Origin: an uncultured delta proteobacterium
GTDB taxonomy: Bacteria; Myxococcota; Myxococcia; Myxococcales; Myxococcaceae
DNA: 64,000 nucleotides
Assembly: GCA_963776345.1 (NCBI GenBank)
Contig: CAVZMH010000017.1
Span: 257,186-321,185, forward strand
Reading direction: 5' to 3'
Position numbers and translations under genes: made by a program. Below, piece by piece: positions 11,040-22,104 of this stretch. Every line of letters begins with the position of its first letter. Position 1 is the first letter of the stretch. The notes beneath the pieces were generated by a model. The model was not told where the DNA came from. It did no database searches and was given only the letters and a program-made list of their open reading frames with translations.

Positions 11040-12941
11040 ATGTCCCGCTACCTCGGGCTCTTCGTGGCCGAGGCCTCCGAGCACCTCGAGGCGCTGGGCC
11101 GCGACCTGGTCGCCCTGGAGGGCACGCCGGACGGCGAGACGGTGGACTCGCTCTTCCGCCACGCCCACTCGGTGAAGGGCATGGCGGCGTCCATGGGGCT
11201 CGAGCCCATCGCCCAGCTCGCGCACCGGGTGGAGGACCTGGTCGACGTCGCCCGCCGGGTCCCCGGAGCGCTCGGGCGCGAGCGGGTGGACCTGCTCCTC
11301 ACCGCCGCCGACGCGATGCTGGCCCTGGTCCGCGCCACCGGCGAGGGGAACGCGCCCGCGCCCCAGCCCGAGCTGCTCGGCCGCCTCGGCGAGGCGGTGA
11401 CCGCGCTCACCGGCGAGGCCCCGCGGCCGACCAAGGTGGCCCGGGTGGAGGCGCTGGTGCAGCCGGTCGTCCCGCTGGACCCGGGCCGGTACGAGGTTCG
11501 CTTCCGCATCCTCCCCGCCGCGCAGAGCCCGGGTCCGCGCGCCTTCCTGGTCTACAAGAAGCTCGCCGGCCTGGGCACCGTGACCAACCTCCGGCCGCCA
11601 CTCGAGGACCTGCGCGCGGGGGCCATCCCCGACGGGCGGGTGGCCCTGGTGCTGGAGACCGACGGCGGGCTCGAGCCGGTGCGTTCGGCGCTGGGGCTGG
11701 TGCCCGAGGTCGAGCTGCTCTCCGCCGAGCGGATGGCCGACCAGACCCCTCCCGAGCCGCCCTCCGCCGCCGGGCCAGCCCCCGAGCCCGCGCGCACGGT
11801 GCGCGTCCGCACCGAGCTGCTGGACGACTTCCTGGAGATGGCCGGCGAGCTCCTGCTCGCCACCGCCCGGCTGCGCGACATCGGCCGCCGCTTCCCCGAG
11901 CACGAGCGGCCGGCGCTGGACGAGGGCGTGGACCGGCTCCACGCGCTGGTGAAGGACCTCCACGGCAAGGTGATGGGCGCGCGGATGACGCCGGTGGCGG
12001 TGGTCACCGACCAGCTCCCCCGCGCGGCCCGCGACCTCGCCCGGAAGCGCGGCAAGGACGTGGAGGTCACCGTCACCGGGGCGGAGATCGAGATCGACCG
12101 CGCCATCCTCGATGCCATCGCCGAGCCGCTTCTCCACATCCTCCGGAACGCCGTCGACCACGGCATCGAGGAGCCCGAGGGACGGGCCGCGGCGGGAAAG
12201 CCGGCGCGCGGCCGGCTGCGCATCGCGGTGCGCCGCACCCGCGAGCGCGTGGTGCTGGAGGTCGACGACGACGGGCGGGGGATGGATCCGGAGCGGCTCC
12301 GCGCCGCCGCCGTGGCCCGGGGCAAGCTGAGCGCCGAGTCCGCGGTCCGGCTCTCCCCCCGGGAGGCGCTGCTGCTCGCCTGCCTCCCCGGTGTCTCCAC
12401 CGCGACCGACGTCGACGACGTCAGCGGCCGGGGCGTGGGGATGGACGCGGTGAAGCGCTCCGTCGAGTCCCTCGGCGGGGCGCTGGAGCTCGACTCGCAG
12501 CCCGGGCGCGGGACGCGGGTGACGCTCCGGCTGCCGCTCACGGTGGCGGTGGTGCAGCTGCTCCTGGTCCGCGCCGGGGGCGAGGTGCTCGGCCTCCCCA
12601 TCACCAAGGTGCTCGGGGCGGTCGAGGTGCCGGACTCTGCGCTCCAGCGCTCTCCGTCCGCCGACCTCCTCAGCTACGGGCAGGCGCTCGTCCCGGCACA
12701 CGACCTGGCGCGGCTCCTGGGACTCCCCGACGGGCGGCCGCCCGGCACCCGCCCCTGGGTGGTGATGGAGTCCGAGGAGGGCACCGTGGCCCTGGGCGTC
12801 GAGGCGCTGCTCGGGCAGGAGGAGGCGGTGCTGAAGGCGCTCTCCCGTCCGCTGGACCGGGTGAGCGGCCTCGCCGGGGTCACCATCCTGGGCAACGGGC
12901 GCCCGGTGTTCATCCTCGACGTCCCGAGGCTGCTGGCCTGA
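11040..12941 (+). CDS. difE: CheA histidine kinase
   Basis: Hpt 'LFRHAHSVKGMA', 'HILRNAVDHGIE', 'DDGRG', 'SGRGVGMD', C-terminal CheW-like domain. Confidence 0.92.
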   Translation: MSRYLGLFVAEASEHLEALGRDLVALEGTPDGETVDSLFRHAHSVKGMAASMGLEPIAQLAHRVEDLVDVARRVPGALGRERVDLLLTAADAMLALVRATGEGNAPAPQPELLGRLGEAVTALTGEAPRPTKVARVEALVQPVVPLDPGRYEVRFRILPAAQSPGPRAFLVYKKLAGLGTVTNLRPPLEDLRAGAIPDGRVALVLETDGGLEPVRSALGLVPEVELLSAERMADQTPPEPPSAAGPAPEPARTVRVRTELLDDFLEMAGELLLATARLRDIGRRFPEHERPALDEGVDRLHALVKDLHGKVMGARMTPVAVVTDQLPRAARDLARKRGKDVEVTVTGAEIEIDRAILDAIAEPLLHILRNAVDHGIEEPEGRAAAGKPARGRLRIAVRRTRERVVLEVDDDGRGMDPERLRAAAVARGKLSAESAVRLSPREALLLACLPGVSTATDVDDVSGRGVGMDAVKRSVESLGGALELDSQPGRGTRVTLRLPLTVAVVQLLLVRAGGEVLGLPITKVLGAVEVPDSALQRSPSADLLSYGQALVPAHDLARLLGLPDGRPPGTRPWVVMESEEGTVALGVEALLGQEEAVLKALSRPLDRVSGLAGVTILGNGRPVFILDVPRLLA

Positions 12942-12955
12942 CGCCTGCCCACCCG

Positions 12956-13483
12956 ATGCTCGCGCTGGCGGTTCACCTCCTGCTCCTCGGCACTCCGGTG
13001 CTCTCCGACGCCGACCTCCGGGTCGCGGAGCGGCTGGCGTGGCGCGCCGGCGTCCCGAAGGGCGCGCTGGAGTCGCTCTCCACCGACGTCACCGGCGACG
13101 GCGCCCCCGACGTGGTGCTCCTCACCCGCACCGCGGATCGCCTGGTGCTCTTCGTGGCCGAGGGCCCCGTCTCGCCGGTCGGCCGGTGGTGGCGGGTGGA
13201 CCTGCACCAGGGGACGGGAGCGGGCGAGCTGTGCGTGCCGGCGCGCGCGGTCCGGGTCCACGTCGAGGACCACGGTGTCGTCTCCCACGCCCTGGAGTGC
13301 GACCGGGAGCGGACCGGCGCCTGTCCCACCCCGCAGGGCCGGGCGCTCCGGGTCGAGCCCCCCTCGCCCGCCCGCTGCCCGGCGGTGCACGTCTTCTTCG
13401 ATGGCAGTGACCTGCGCTTCTGGAGCGGTGTCGGGCCGGGCGAGGCGCGCGCCAGCATTCCAGCCGGCGCCTTTGCGCCGTAG
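12956..13483 (+). CDS. Hypothetical exported protein with a DxxGDGxxD motif
   Basis: Fills the difE-difG gap co-directionally; hydrophobic N-terminus; 'DVTGDGAPDVVLL'; four Cys. Confidence 0.55.
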   Translation: MLALAVHLLLLGTPVLSDADLRVAERLAWRAGVPKGALESLSTDVTGDGAPDVVLLTRTADRLVLFVAEGPVSPVGRWWRVDLHQGTGAGELCVPARAVRVHVEDHGVVSHALECDRERTGACPTPQGRALRVEPPSPARCPAVHVFFDGSDLRFWSGVGPGEARASIPAGAFAP

Positions 13484-13492
13484 GGTAGACCC

Positions 13493-14071
13493 GTGCCCGC
13501 CGAGCTCACCGAGCCCCAGGCCGACGCGCTCCGAGAGCTGACCAACGTCGCCGCCGGACATGCCGCCCGTGCGCTCTCCACACTGCTCGGGGGCGAGAAG
13601 TTCGGGCTCTGGCCGCCGCTGGTCCGCCTGCTCGACCGCGCGCAGCTCACCGCGCTGCTCGGTGGCAAGGGCGCGCCCCTCACCTCGCTGAGCGCCGAGC
13701 TCCGTGGCGACGTGGGGGGCGCGCTCGGCCTGGTGTTCTCCGAGCCGCACGTGCAGACGCTCACCTCCCGGCTGCTGGGGGCCGCGGGCGAGCGGGTCCA
13801 GACGCCCGAGGTGGCGCTCCGCGACGCGGCCAATCAGGTGTACGCCGCGGCGCTCGATGCCGTGGCCCGGCTGAGCGGCGTCCGGGCGCTGCACTCGGTC
13901 CCGCTGGTCGGCGAGGGCCCGGCGGAGATGGTCGCCCGGATGTGCCTCCCGGAGGAGCGGGGGTGGGTGCTGGAGGCCGAGCTGTACGCCTCGCCGCTCT
14001 CCGGGCGCTTCCTGCTCCTGCCCGACCCGGCCGGTCTGGCGACGTTCCTCCGCGGCCTGAAGATGGCCTGA
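13493..14071 (+). CDS. difG: CheC-like phosphatase
   Basis: 'DALRELTNVAAGHAARALSTL' (ExxN), degenerate second motif 'ALRDAANQ'. Confidence 0.8.
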   Translation: MPAELTEPQADALRELTNVAAGHAARALSTLLGGEKFGLWPPLVRLLDRAQLTALLGGKGAPLTSLSAELRGDVGGALGLVFSEPHVQTLTSRLLGAAGERVQTPEVALRDAANQVYAAALDAVARLSGVRALHSVPLVGEGPAEMVARMCLPEERGWVLEAELYASPLSGRFLLLPDPAGLATFLRGLKMA

Positions 14072-14078
14072 GCCCAGC

Positions 14079-14843
14079 GTGGATCCGGCCCGGCTCAGGA
14101 AGCTCCTCGAGGACGTGAAGCGCGGCCGCGCCACGGTCGACGAGGCCACGCGCGCCCTGACCGACCTGCCCTTCGCCGAGCTGGGCTACGCCACCGTCGA
14201 CACCCACCGCAGCGTCCGCTTCGGCTTCCCCGAGGTGGTGTACGGCGAGGGCAAGACGGCCGAGCAGCTGCTGGGCATCGTGGAGGTGCTGGTCCGCCGG
14301 AAGCAGCCGGTCCTGGTGACGCGCCTCACCGAGGAGAGGGCGGCCCCGCTGCTCGCCCGCTGGCCGAAGGCCCGCTTCCACCCCGAGGCCCGCATCTTCC
14401 ACCTCCCCCAGGGGCGCCCCCGGGCGGGCCGCGTCGCAGTCGCCTGCGCGGGGACCAGCGACCTCCCGGTGGCCGAGGAGGCGGCGCTCACCGCCGAGGC
14501 GATGGGGGCCACCGTGGCCCGCATCTACGACGTGGGCGTCGCCGGCCTGCACCGGCTCCTCCGGCGAAGGAGCGAGATCCAGGAGGCCCAGGTGGCGGTC
14601 GCCGTCGCCGGCATGGAGGGCGCGCTGGCCTCCGTCGTCGGTGGGCTGGTGGGCATCCCGGTGGTGGCGGTTCCGACCAGCGTCGGCTACGGAGCGAACT
14701 TCCAGGGCCTCTCCGCCCTGCTCACCATGCTCAACTCCTGCGCCTCCAACGTCGCCGTGGTGAACATCGACAACGGCTTCGGCGCCGGCTTCTACGCGGC
14801 GCTGGTCTCGCGCAGCGCCACCCGGAGGGGCAGGGGCCGATGA
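14079..14843 (+). CDS. larB: Nickel-pincer cofactor biosynthesis protein LarB (AIR-carboxylase-like)
   Basis: 'DTHRSVRFGFPEVVYGEGKT', 'AGTSDLPVAEEA', 'DVGVAGLHRL', 'AGMEGAL', 'PTSVGYG', 'VNIDNGFGA'. Confidence 0.93.
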   Translation: MDPARLRKLLEDVKRGRATVDEATRALTDLPFAELGYATVDTHRSVRFGFPEVVYGEGKTAEQLLGIVEVLVRRKQPVLVTRLTEERAAPLLARWPKARFHPEARIFHLPQGRPRAGRVAVACAGTSDLPVAEEAALTAEAMGATVARIYDVGVAGLHRLLRRRSEIQEAQVAVAVAGMEGALASVVGGLVGIPVVAVPTSVGYGANFQGLSALLTMLNSCASNVAVVNIDNGFGAGFYAALVSRSATRRGRGR

Positions 14844-16015
14844 GCGGGTCCACGGTGCTCTACCTCGAGCCGGTGGGCGGCATCGCCGGGGACATGGTCC
14901 TCGCCGCGATGCTCGACCTCGGCGTGGACCGGGAGGCGCTCGAGGCCCCGCTCCGCACCCTGGGGCTCGACGGCTGGGGGCTCGAGGTGAGCCGCGCCGT
15001 CCGCCAGGCCATCTCCGGCGTGCACCTCGAGGTGACGGTGTCCTCCGAGGTCCCCCACGTCCACCGCGGGCTGACCGAGATCCTCGGCCGCATCGAGGCG
15101 AGCGCGCTCCCGCCGCGGGCCAGGGCCCAGGCCCGGGCGGTGTTCGAGGTCATCGGCCGCGCCGAGGCGAAGATCCACGACGTGCCGCTCGAGTCGGTCC
15201 ACTTCCACGAGGTGGGCGCGGTCGACAGCATCGTCGACGTCTGCGGCGCGGCGCTGGCGCTGGAGCTGCTCGGTCAGCCCGAGGTGGTCTCCGCCCCGCC
15301 GCCCCTCGGCAGCGGCATGGTGGAGACGATGCACGGCCGCTTCCCGGTGCCGGCGCCCGCCACGCTGGAGATCCTCCGGGACCTCCCGGTGCGCTTCGAG
15401 GGCCAGGGCGAGCTCACCACCCCCACCGGCGCGGCGCTGCTCCGGGCGCTGACCCGGCCCGGGCCGCCGCCCCCGATGCGCCTGCTCCGCACCGGCTACG
15501 GGCTCGGCCGCCGGGAGCTGCCCGACCGCCCCAATGTGCTCCGGGCGACGCTCGGCACCCGCGTCGACGGCCCGGCGGAGGACGTCTGGGAGCTGGCGGT
15601 CACCCTCGACGACGCCACGCCGCAGCTGCTCGGCTACCTGGTGGAGCAGCTCGTCGGCCATGGCGCCCTGGACGCCTGGGTGGCGCCGGTGACGCTCAAG
15701 AAGAGCCGGCCCGGGCACGTCCTCTCGGTGCTGGTCGCCGGGGCCGACCGCGAGCGGGTGGTCCGGCGCCTCCTCACCGAGTCGCCCACGCTGGGAGTGC
15801 GGGCCTGGCCCGTCCACCGGACGACGCTCGACCGCGCCCACGTGGAGGTGGAGACCCCCCAGGGGCCGGTCCGGGTCAAGGTGGGGAGCCTCGACGGGGT
15901 GGCCCTGAACGCCGCGCCCGAGTACGAGGACGTCCGGGCCCGCGCCGAGGCCGCCGGGGTCCCCTTCAAGCAGGTGTGGGCCGAGGCGCTGGCGGCATAC
16001 GCTCGGCGGCGATGA
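14840..16015 (+). CDS. larC: Nickel insertion protein LarC
   Basis: 'GIAGDM', 'VHFHEVGAVDSIVD', 'HGRFPVPAPAT', 'ELTTPTGAA', 'KKSRPG', 'PEYEDV'; ATGA overlap with larB. Confidence 0.92.
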   Translation: MSGSTVLYLEPVGGIAGDMVLAAMLDLGVDREALEAPLRTLGLDGWGLEVSRAVRQAISGVHLEVTVSSEVPHVHRGLTEILGRIEASALPPRARAQARAVFEVIGRAEAKIHDVPLESVHFHEVGAVDSIVDVCGAALALELLGQPEVVSAPPPLGSGMVETMHGRFPVPAPATLEILRDLPVRFEGQGELTTPTGAALLRALTRPGPPPPMRLLRTGYGLGRRELPDRPNVLRATLGTRVDGPAEDVWELAVTLDDATPQLLGYLVEQLVGHGALDAWVAPVTLKKSRPGHVLSVLVAGADRERVVRRLLTESPTLGVRAWPVHRTTLDRAHVEVETPQGPVRVKVGSLDGVALNAAPEYEDVRARAEAAGVPFKQVWAEALAAYARRR

Positions 16016-16056
16016 CATGGTGCTCCGGGGAGCCGGAGCGGAAACGGGAGGACGAG

Positions 16057-16410
16057 ATGCCCGAACAGCAATGGGACGACAGGTTGCTCGAGTTCGTGAG
16101 GAAGACCGGCGAGGACCTGAAGCGCACCGGGGAGGAGCTCCTCGGCGAGGCCCAGCGGACGATCGACGAGCTACGGGACCCCGCGCAGCAGGAACGGCTG
16201 AAGGCGCGTGTGGCCGAGCTGCGCACCTGGGCCAAGTCCAAGTTCATCGAGGCCCGGGGCCGCGCCGAGGAGGCGCTCGGCGTCGAGCGACCGAAGAAGG
16301 CACCCACCCGGTCGGGCAAGGCCGCAGGAAAGGCGCGGAAGAAGGCGAAGGGCGCCGCGCGGACCACCCGCCGTCCGGGCGCGAGACGGCCAGGAAAGCG
16401 TCGTCGCTGA
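16057..16410 (+). CDS. Small helical protein with Lys/Arg/Ala-rich C-terminal tail
   Basis: GGAGG RBS before ATG 16057; tail 'KKAPTRSGKAAGKARKKAKGAARTTRRPGARRPGKRRR'. Confidence 0.65.
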   Translation: MPEQQWDDRLLEFVRKTGEDLKRTGEELLGEAQRTIDELRDPAQQERLKARVAELRTWAKSKFIEARGRAEEALGVERPKKAPTRSGKAAGKARKKAKGAARTTRRPGARRPGKRRR

Positions 16411-16456
16411 GTCCCCCGCCCGACGTCCGCGACCTGTGTCAGAATTGGCAGCTCCG

Positions 16457-17161
16457 GTGGGCTCTGAATCAGGCAAGTTTTCCGCGGACATCGGCGAGGA
16501 CGTCATCGCCGCGGCCCTGAAGAGCGTCGAGAAGCAGCGCGATTCGGCCGCGGCCGAGGAGTCGCCGCCTCCGCCGGTCGACGGCGCCGCGGACGAGCTC
16601 GTCTCGCTCAGGGCCAGGGTGGAGGCGCTCGAGCGCGAGCTCTCCACCCAGGTCGATCAGGAGCGGGAGCGCACGCTCCGGGCCGCGGCGGACCTGGACA
16701 ACGCGCGCAAGCGGGCGCAGCGCGATCGGGACGAGGTCGTCCGCTACGGGCTGGAGCGTGTCCTGAAGGACCTGCTCCCCGTCATCGACAACCTGGACCG
16801 TGCGCTCGACCTCGGCGACCGGACCGGCAAGTGGGAGGACCTCGCCGAGGGCGTGCGGATGACGCGGAAGCTGCTCGAGGACACGCTGGCCAAGCAGGGC
16901 CTGAAGGCGTTCAGCGCGCGGGGGCAGCCGTTCGACCCGCACCTGCACGAGGCCATGGGCCACGAGGATCGGGAGGACCTCCCGGTGAACAGCGTCAGCA
17001 CCGAGGTGCTCCGCGGCTACACCCTCCACGACCGTCTGGTACGCCCGGCCCTGGTGATGGTGGCCCGGAGGCCGGAGACTGCGGAGCCAGCCGCCGCCGC
17101 CCCGGCTGTGGCCGAGGCGGCCCCACCGTCGTCTGAGACCGAAGCCTCCGGGGAGGGCTAG
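16457..17161 (+). CDS. grpE: Nucleotide exchange factor GrpE (GrpS-like)
   Basis: 'AADLDNARKR', 'LLPVIDNLDRAL', 'FDPHLHEAM', 'GYTLHDRLVRPALVMVA'; start approximate. Confidence 0.93.
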   Translation: MGSESGKFSADIGEDVIAAALKSVEKQRDSAAAEESPPPPVDGAADELVSLRARVEALERELSTQVDQERERTLRAAADLDNARKRAQRDRDEVVRYGLERVLKDLLPVIDNLDRALDLGDRTGKWEDLAEGVRMTRKLLEDTLAKQGLKAFSARGQPFDPHLHEAMGHEDREDLPVNSVSTEVLRGYTLHDRLVRPALVMVARRPETAEPAAAAPAVAEAAPPSSETEASGEG

Positions 17162-17170
17162 AGCGCGGCC

Positions 17171-18999
<1,829 letters not shown>

Positions 19000-19003
<4 letters not shown>

Positions 19004-19404
19004 CCCGCGGTTCGGTCGCCGCCCGCTGGGCGGTCCGCGCGGCGGCGCTCTCCACGATGAGCTGCGGCTCGGGAGGGCCGATCGACCACGACCTCGGGTC
19101 GCTCGTCACCATCGTCCAGGGCATCTACGGTCAGGTGTATTCGGTGAGCGACGTCTGCCCCGCCGGGACCTGTCCCGAGACAGCGGTCAGCGTCGACCTG
19201 ACCGTCACCGGCAACGCGCTGGCGAGCGCGGCGACCGTCCGTTCCGCGGGGCGGCTCGGGTTCTACGAGCTCGCCCTGCCCGTGGGCGACTTCGAGATCT
19301 GCGCACCGGAGGGACCCCAGCACTGCACCAGCTTCTCGGTGAGCGCAGGGGCACGGCAAAGGCGGGATCTGGAGTACGGGCTCCTCGGTGGGTTCTGGCA
19401 CTGA
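19000..19404 (+). CDS. Hypothetical putative lipoprotein
   Basis: ATGA overlap with the dnaK stop; '[11 protein letters not shown]' lipobox-like; Cys pairs. Confidence 0.55.
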
Positions 19405-19423
19405 GGGTCGCGCGGTCGCCGCC

Positions 19424-20762
19424 GTGACCGGAGAGGGCTCCGGCCCGCGGCAGAGTTCATCCCGCTCGCTGGACGTGGTGCTCCTCGGGGTCGGCTGGGT
19501 CCTGCTCTGGGCGTTCGAGCCGCACCATGTCGAGGCCGATGGGGCCATTCGCTTCCAGGCGCTGCGCGCGCTGGTCGAGAACGGCCGCTGGTCGCTCCAC
19601 GGAGTTCGCCCTGCTGGGAACGCTGCTGGCCGCGCCGCTGTACCTGCTCGGGCGCTGGGTGGAGTCACCGGAATGGTGGGTGGCCCGGTACAACGTCATC
19701 CTCGCCGGCCTGGGGCTGGTCGCGCTCTGGCGTCTCCTCCGGACCCGGGTCGAGGGCGCGGTGCTGCGAGCGTTCCTCCTGCTCCTCCTCGCCGGCTCGA
19801 TGCTCACCCACCAGCTGAGCGCGTTCGGCGCCGAGACGTTCAACGTCCTCGCGCTGGCCGTCGGGCTCGCCGCCTGGACCGGCGGACGGCAGCTGCTCGG
19901 CGGTGCGGCGCTCGCCCTCGGGATGGCCAACGTGCCGGCGACGAGCGTGGGGGTGGCGCTGGCCCTCGGTGACTGGGGCGTGCGCCATCGGCGGCTCCGC
20001 GCCGCGCTGCCGGTGGTGGCCTTCATCCTTCTCTGGCTCGGCGAGAACTGGCTGCGGCGGGGGCACCCGCTGCGCACGGGCTACGAGAGCAACGCCGGTT
20101 ACCGGACGCTGCTCCCGTACTCGGGGCAACCGGGGTTCAGCTACCCGCTCCCGCTCGGCGCGCTCCAGCTGCTGCTCTCGTTCGGCAAGGGGCTGCTCTT
20201 CTTCGCGCCGGGGCTGTTCTTGCTCTTCCCCGCGGCACGGCGCGCGCTCCGGCTGGCGCGTCCGTTCCACCGCGCCTGCCTCTGGGTCGTCGCCGGGCTG
20301 GTGCTGGTCTACGGACAGTGGTGGGCCTGGTACGGCGGCTACAGCTGGGGGCCCCGCTTCCTGGTCTTCGCCGCCGTCCCGGCATCGCTGCGCCTGGCGG
20401 CCGAGTGCGCACATCCCCCTCGGCGGCTGCTGCCCCTGCTCGCGGTGCTTGGCGCGCTGATGCTCTCGCTCTGGGGGGGATTCGACGGCGCGGTGCTGCG
20501 CTTCTGGAAGCAGGAAGCCTGCACCTTCAACAACTACGCGGTCGAGGCGTTCTGCTGGGACGTCCCCGAGTTCAGCGTGCTCGTCACGCCGTTCATCTGG
20601 GCGCCGCGGCTCGACCCCGGCGCCTGGGCGCTGCTCGGCTACAGCGTGGTGCTCGCGCTGCGGGTCGGCGCCTCGCCGGCGGTCGCGCTGGTTCGGCGCA
20701 TCGCCGCGGCCGTCTCAGGTGGCATCCGGGCCTGGCGCGAGGGGCCGAGCGTCGGTGTCTGA
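19424..20762 (+). pseudogene. Multi-pass membrane protein (GT-C glycosyltransferase-like), split by a +1 frameshift near 19598
   Basis: N-part 'HHVEADGAIRFQAL' is in one frame and the remainder 'TEFALLG..KGLLFFAPG..WWAWYGGYSWGPRFL' in the next; removing one C gives WSLTEFALL; may be a sequencing error. Confidence 0.6.
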
Positions 20763-20946
20763 CTCCCCGCGAGCGCTCGAAGGTCAGCTCGAACCCCCTG
20801 GAATCCTTGCCCTCGTGGCCATGCTGGATCTCTCGCACCTACACCCGTAGCCTCACCTGCAATTCGGTCGCAAGTTCCTTCGACCGTTCGGAGTGGACGC
20901 CGGCCACCCTGCTCTGGCGCGTCACTCGTCAGGGGAGGTCGGAGGG

Positions 20947-22080
20947 ATGCGGGTCAGCGAGCTCATCGCGGCGGCCGCGCTGGTCCTGGTCACGTGTGGC
21001 CCGGCCCCGTCCGTCGAGAAGCCCGCCCGGGACCGGATCTTCGTCAGTCAGGCCGGCTCGAGCACCGTGGCCGTGGTCGATGGTTCGTCCGGGACGGTCC
21101 TGGCGCGGATCGAGGTCGGCCTCCTTCCGCACAACCTGGTGCTCTCGTCCGACCGGAAGAGCCTCTTCGTCGCCGTGGTCGGCTCGCAGTCGGTCGCGGA
21201 GATCGACGTCGACACCGCGCGGCTCCGGAGGACGATGCTCACCGCGCCGGTGCCCGACCGTCGGGCCGACGGCTCGCTGATCCAGGAGCACGTCGACCGC
21301 GACGCCTTCAGCCACACCACCTGCCACGACTGCCACCGCGTCGGCGGCGCCCAGCCGAAGTACGCCGGAGATCGGCCGTTCGGCCTGGTGCTCGACGCCG
21401 ACGGGCGGCGACTCCTGGTCTCGCACCTGAACAGCGCCAACCTCGCGGTGCTGGAGCTCGCGGCGGGGACCATCGAGCGCTCCGTCCACCTGGACCCCTC
21501 CGGCGCGGCCGCCGAGCCGGTCGCCCTCGCCTCGCTCGACGACGAGCTCTGGGTGGCGCTGCGTCCCATCCAGCCGTCCTCCGAGCCCGGCGCGCTCCGG
21601 CGTCTGGACCGGGCGACGCTCTCGGCGAGGGGCGAGGTCCCCACCGGGTCGGATCCCGGCGCGCTGCTTTCGCTCCCCGGCCGCCAGAGCGTGCTGGTCA
21701 CCAACTTCGAGACCGACACCGTGACCGAGCACGCAGCCCCGGGGACGGCCCACGCGGTCGAGGTCGCGCCCGGGCCACTGGGGATGCTGGCGCTCCCGGA
21801 CGGCCGGGTGCTCGTCCTCGGCTACTACTCGAACGCGCTCAGCCTGGTGGACCCGGCGAGAGGCACGTCGGAGACGTTCCCGCTCGAGCACGACGGGACG
21901 CGCTACGCCAACCCCACCCACGCCGCCCTCTCGTCCGACGGGCGCACCGCCTGGCTGGTGTCCAGCGGCACCGACGGTCACCTCCTCCAGCTCGATCTCA
22001 CCTCCCGGACCCTCGTGAAGGAGGTGCCGATCGACGGCCTCTCCTTCGGCATCGCGGTGGTCCCGGCCCCCACCCCCTGA
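20947..22080 (+). CDS. YVTN/YncE-like beta-propeller protein with a CxxCH motif, putative lipoprotein
   Basis: GGAGG RBS; repeats such as 'TVAVVDGSSGTVLARIEVGLLPHNLVLSSD'; 'HTTCHDCHR'. Confidence 0.8.
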   Translation: MRVSELIAAAALVLVTCGPAPSVEKPARDRIFVSQAGSSTVAVVDGSSGTVLARIEVGLLPHNLVLSSDRKSLFVAVVGSQSVAEIDVDTARLRRTMLTAPVPDRRADGSLIQEHVDRDAFSHTTCHDCHRVGGAQPKYAGDRPFGLVLDADGRRLLVSHLNSANLAVLELAAGTIERSVHLDPSGAAAEPVALASLDDELWVALRPIQPSSEPGALRRLDRATLSARGEVPTGSDPGALLSLPGRQSVLVTNFETDTVTEHAAPGTAHAVEVAPGPLGMLALPDGRVLVLGYYSNALSLVDPARGTSETFPLEHDGTRYANPTHAALSSDGRTAWLVSSGTDGHLLQLDLTSRTLVKEVPIDGLSFGIAVVPAPTP

Positions 22081-22104
22081 AGCCATGCATCCCCCGAGGC
22101 CCCG

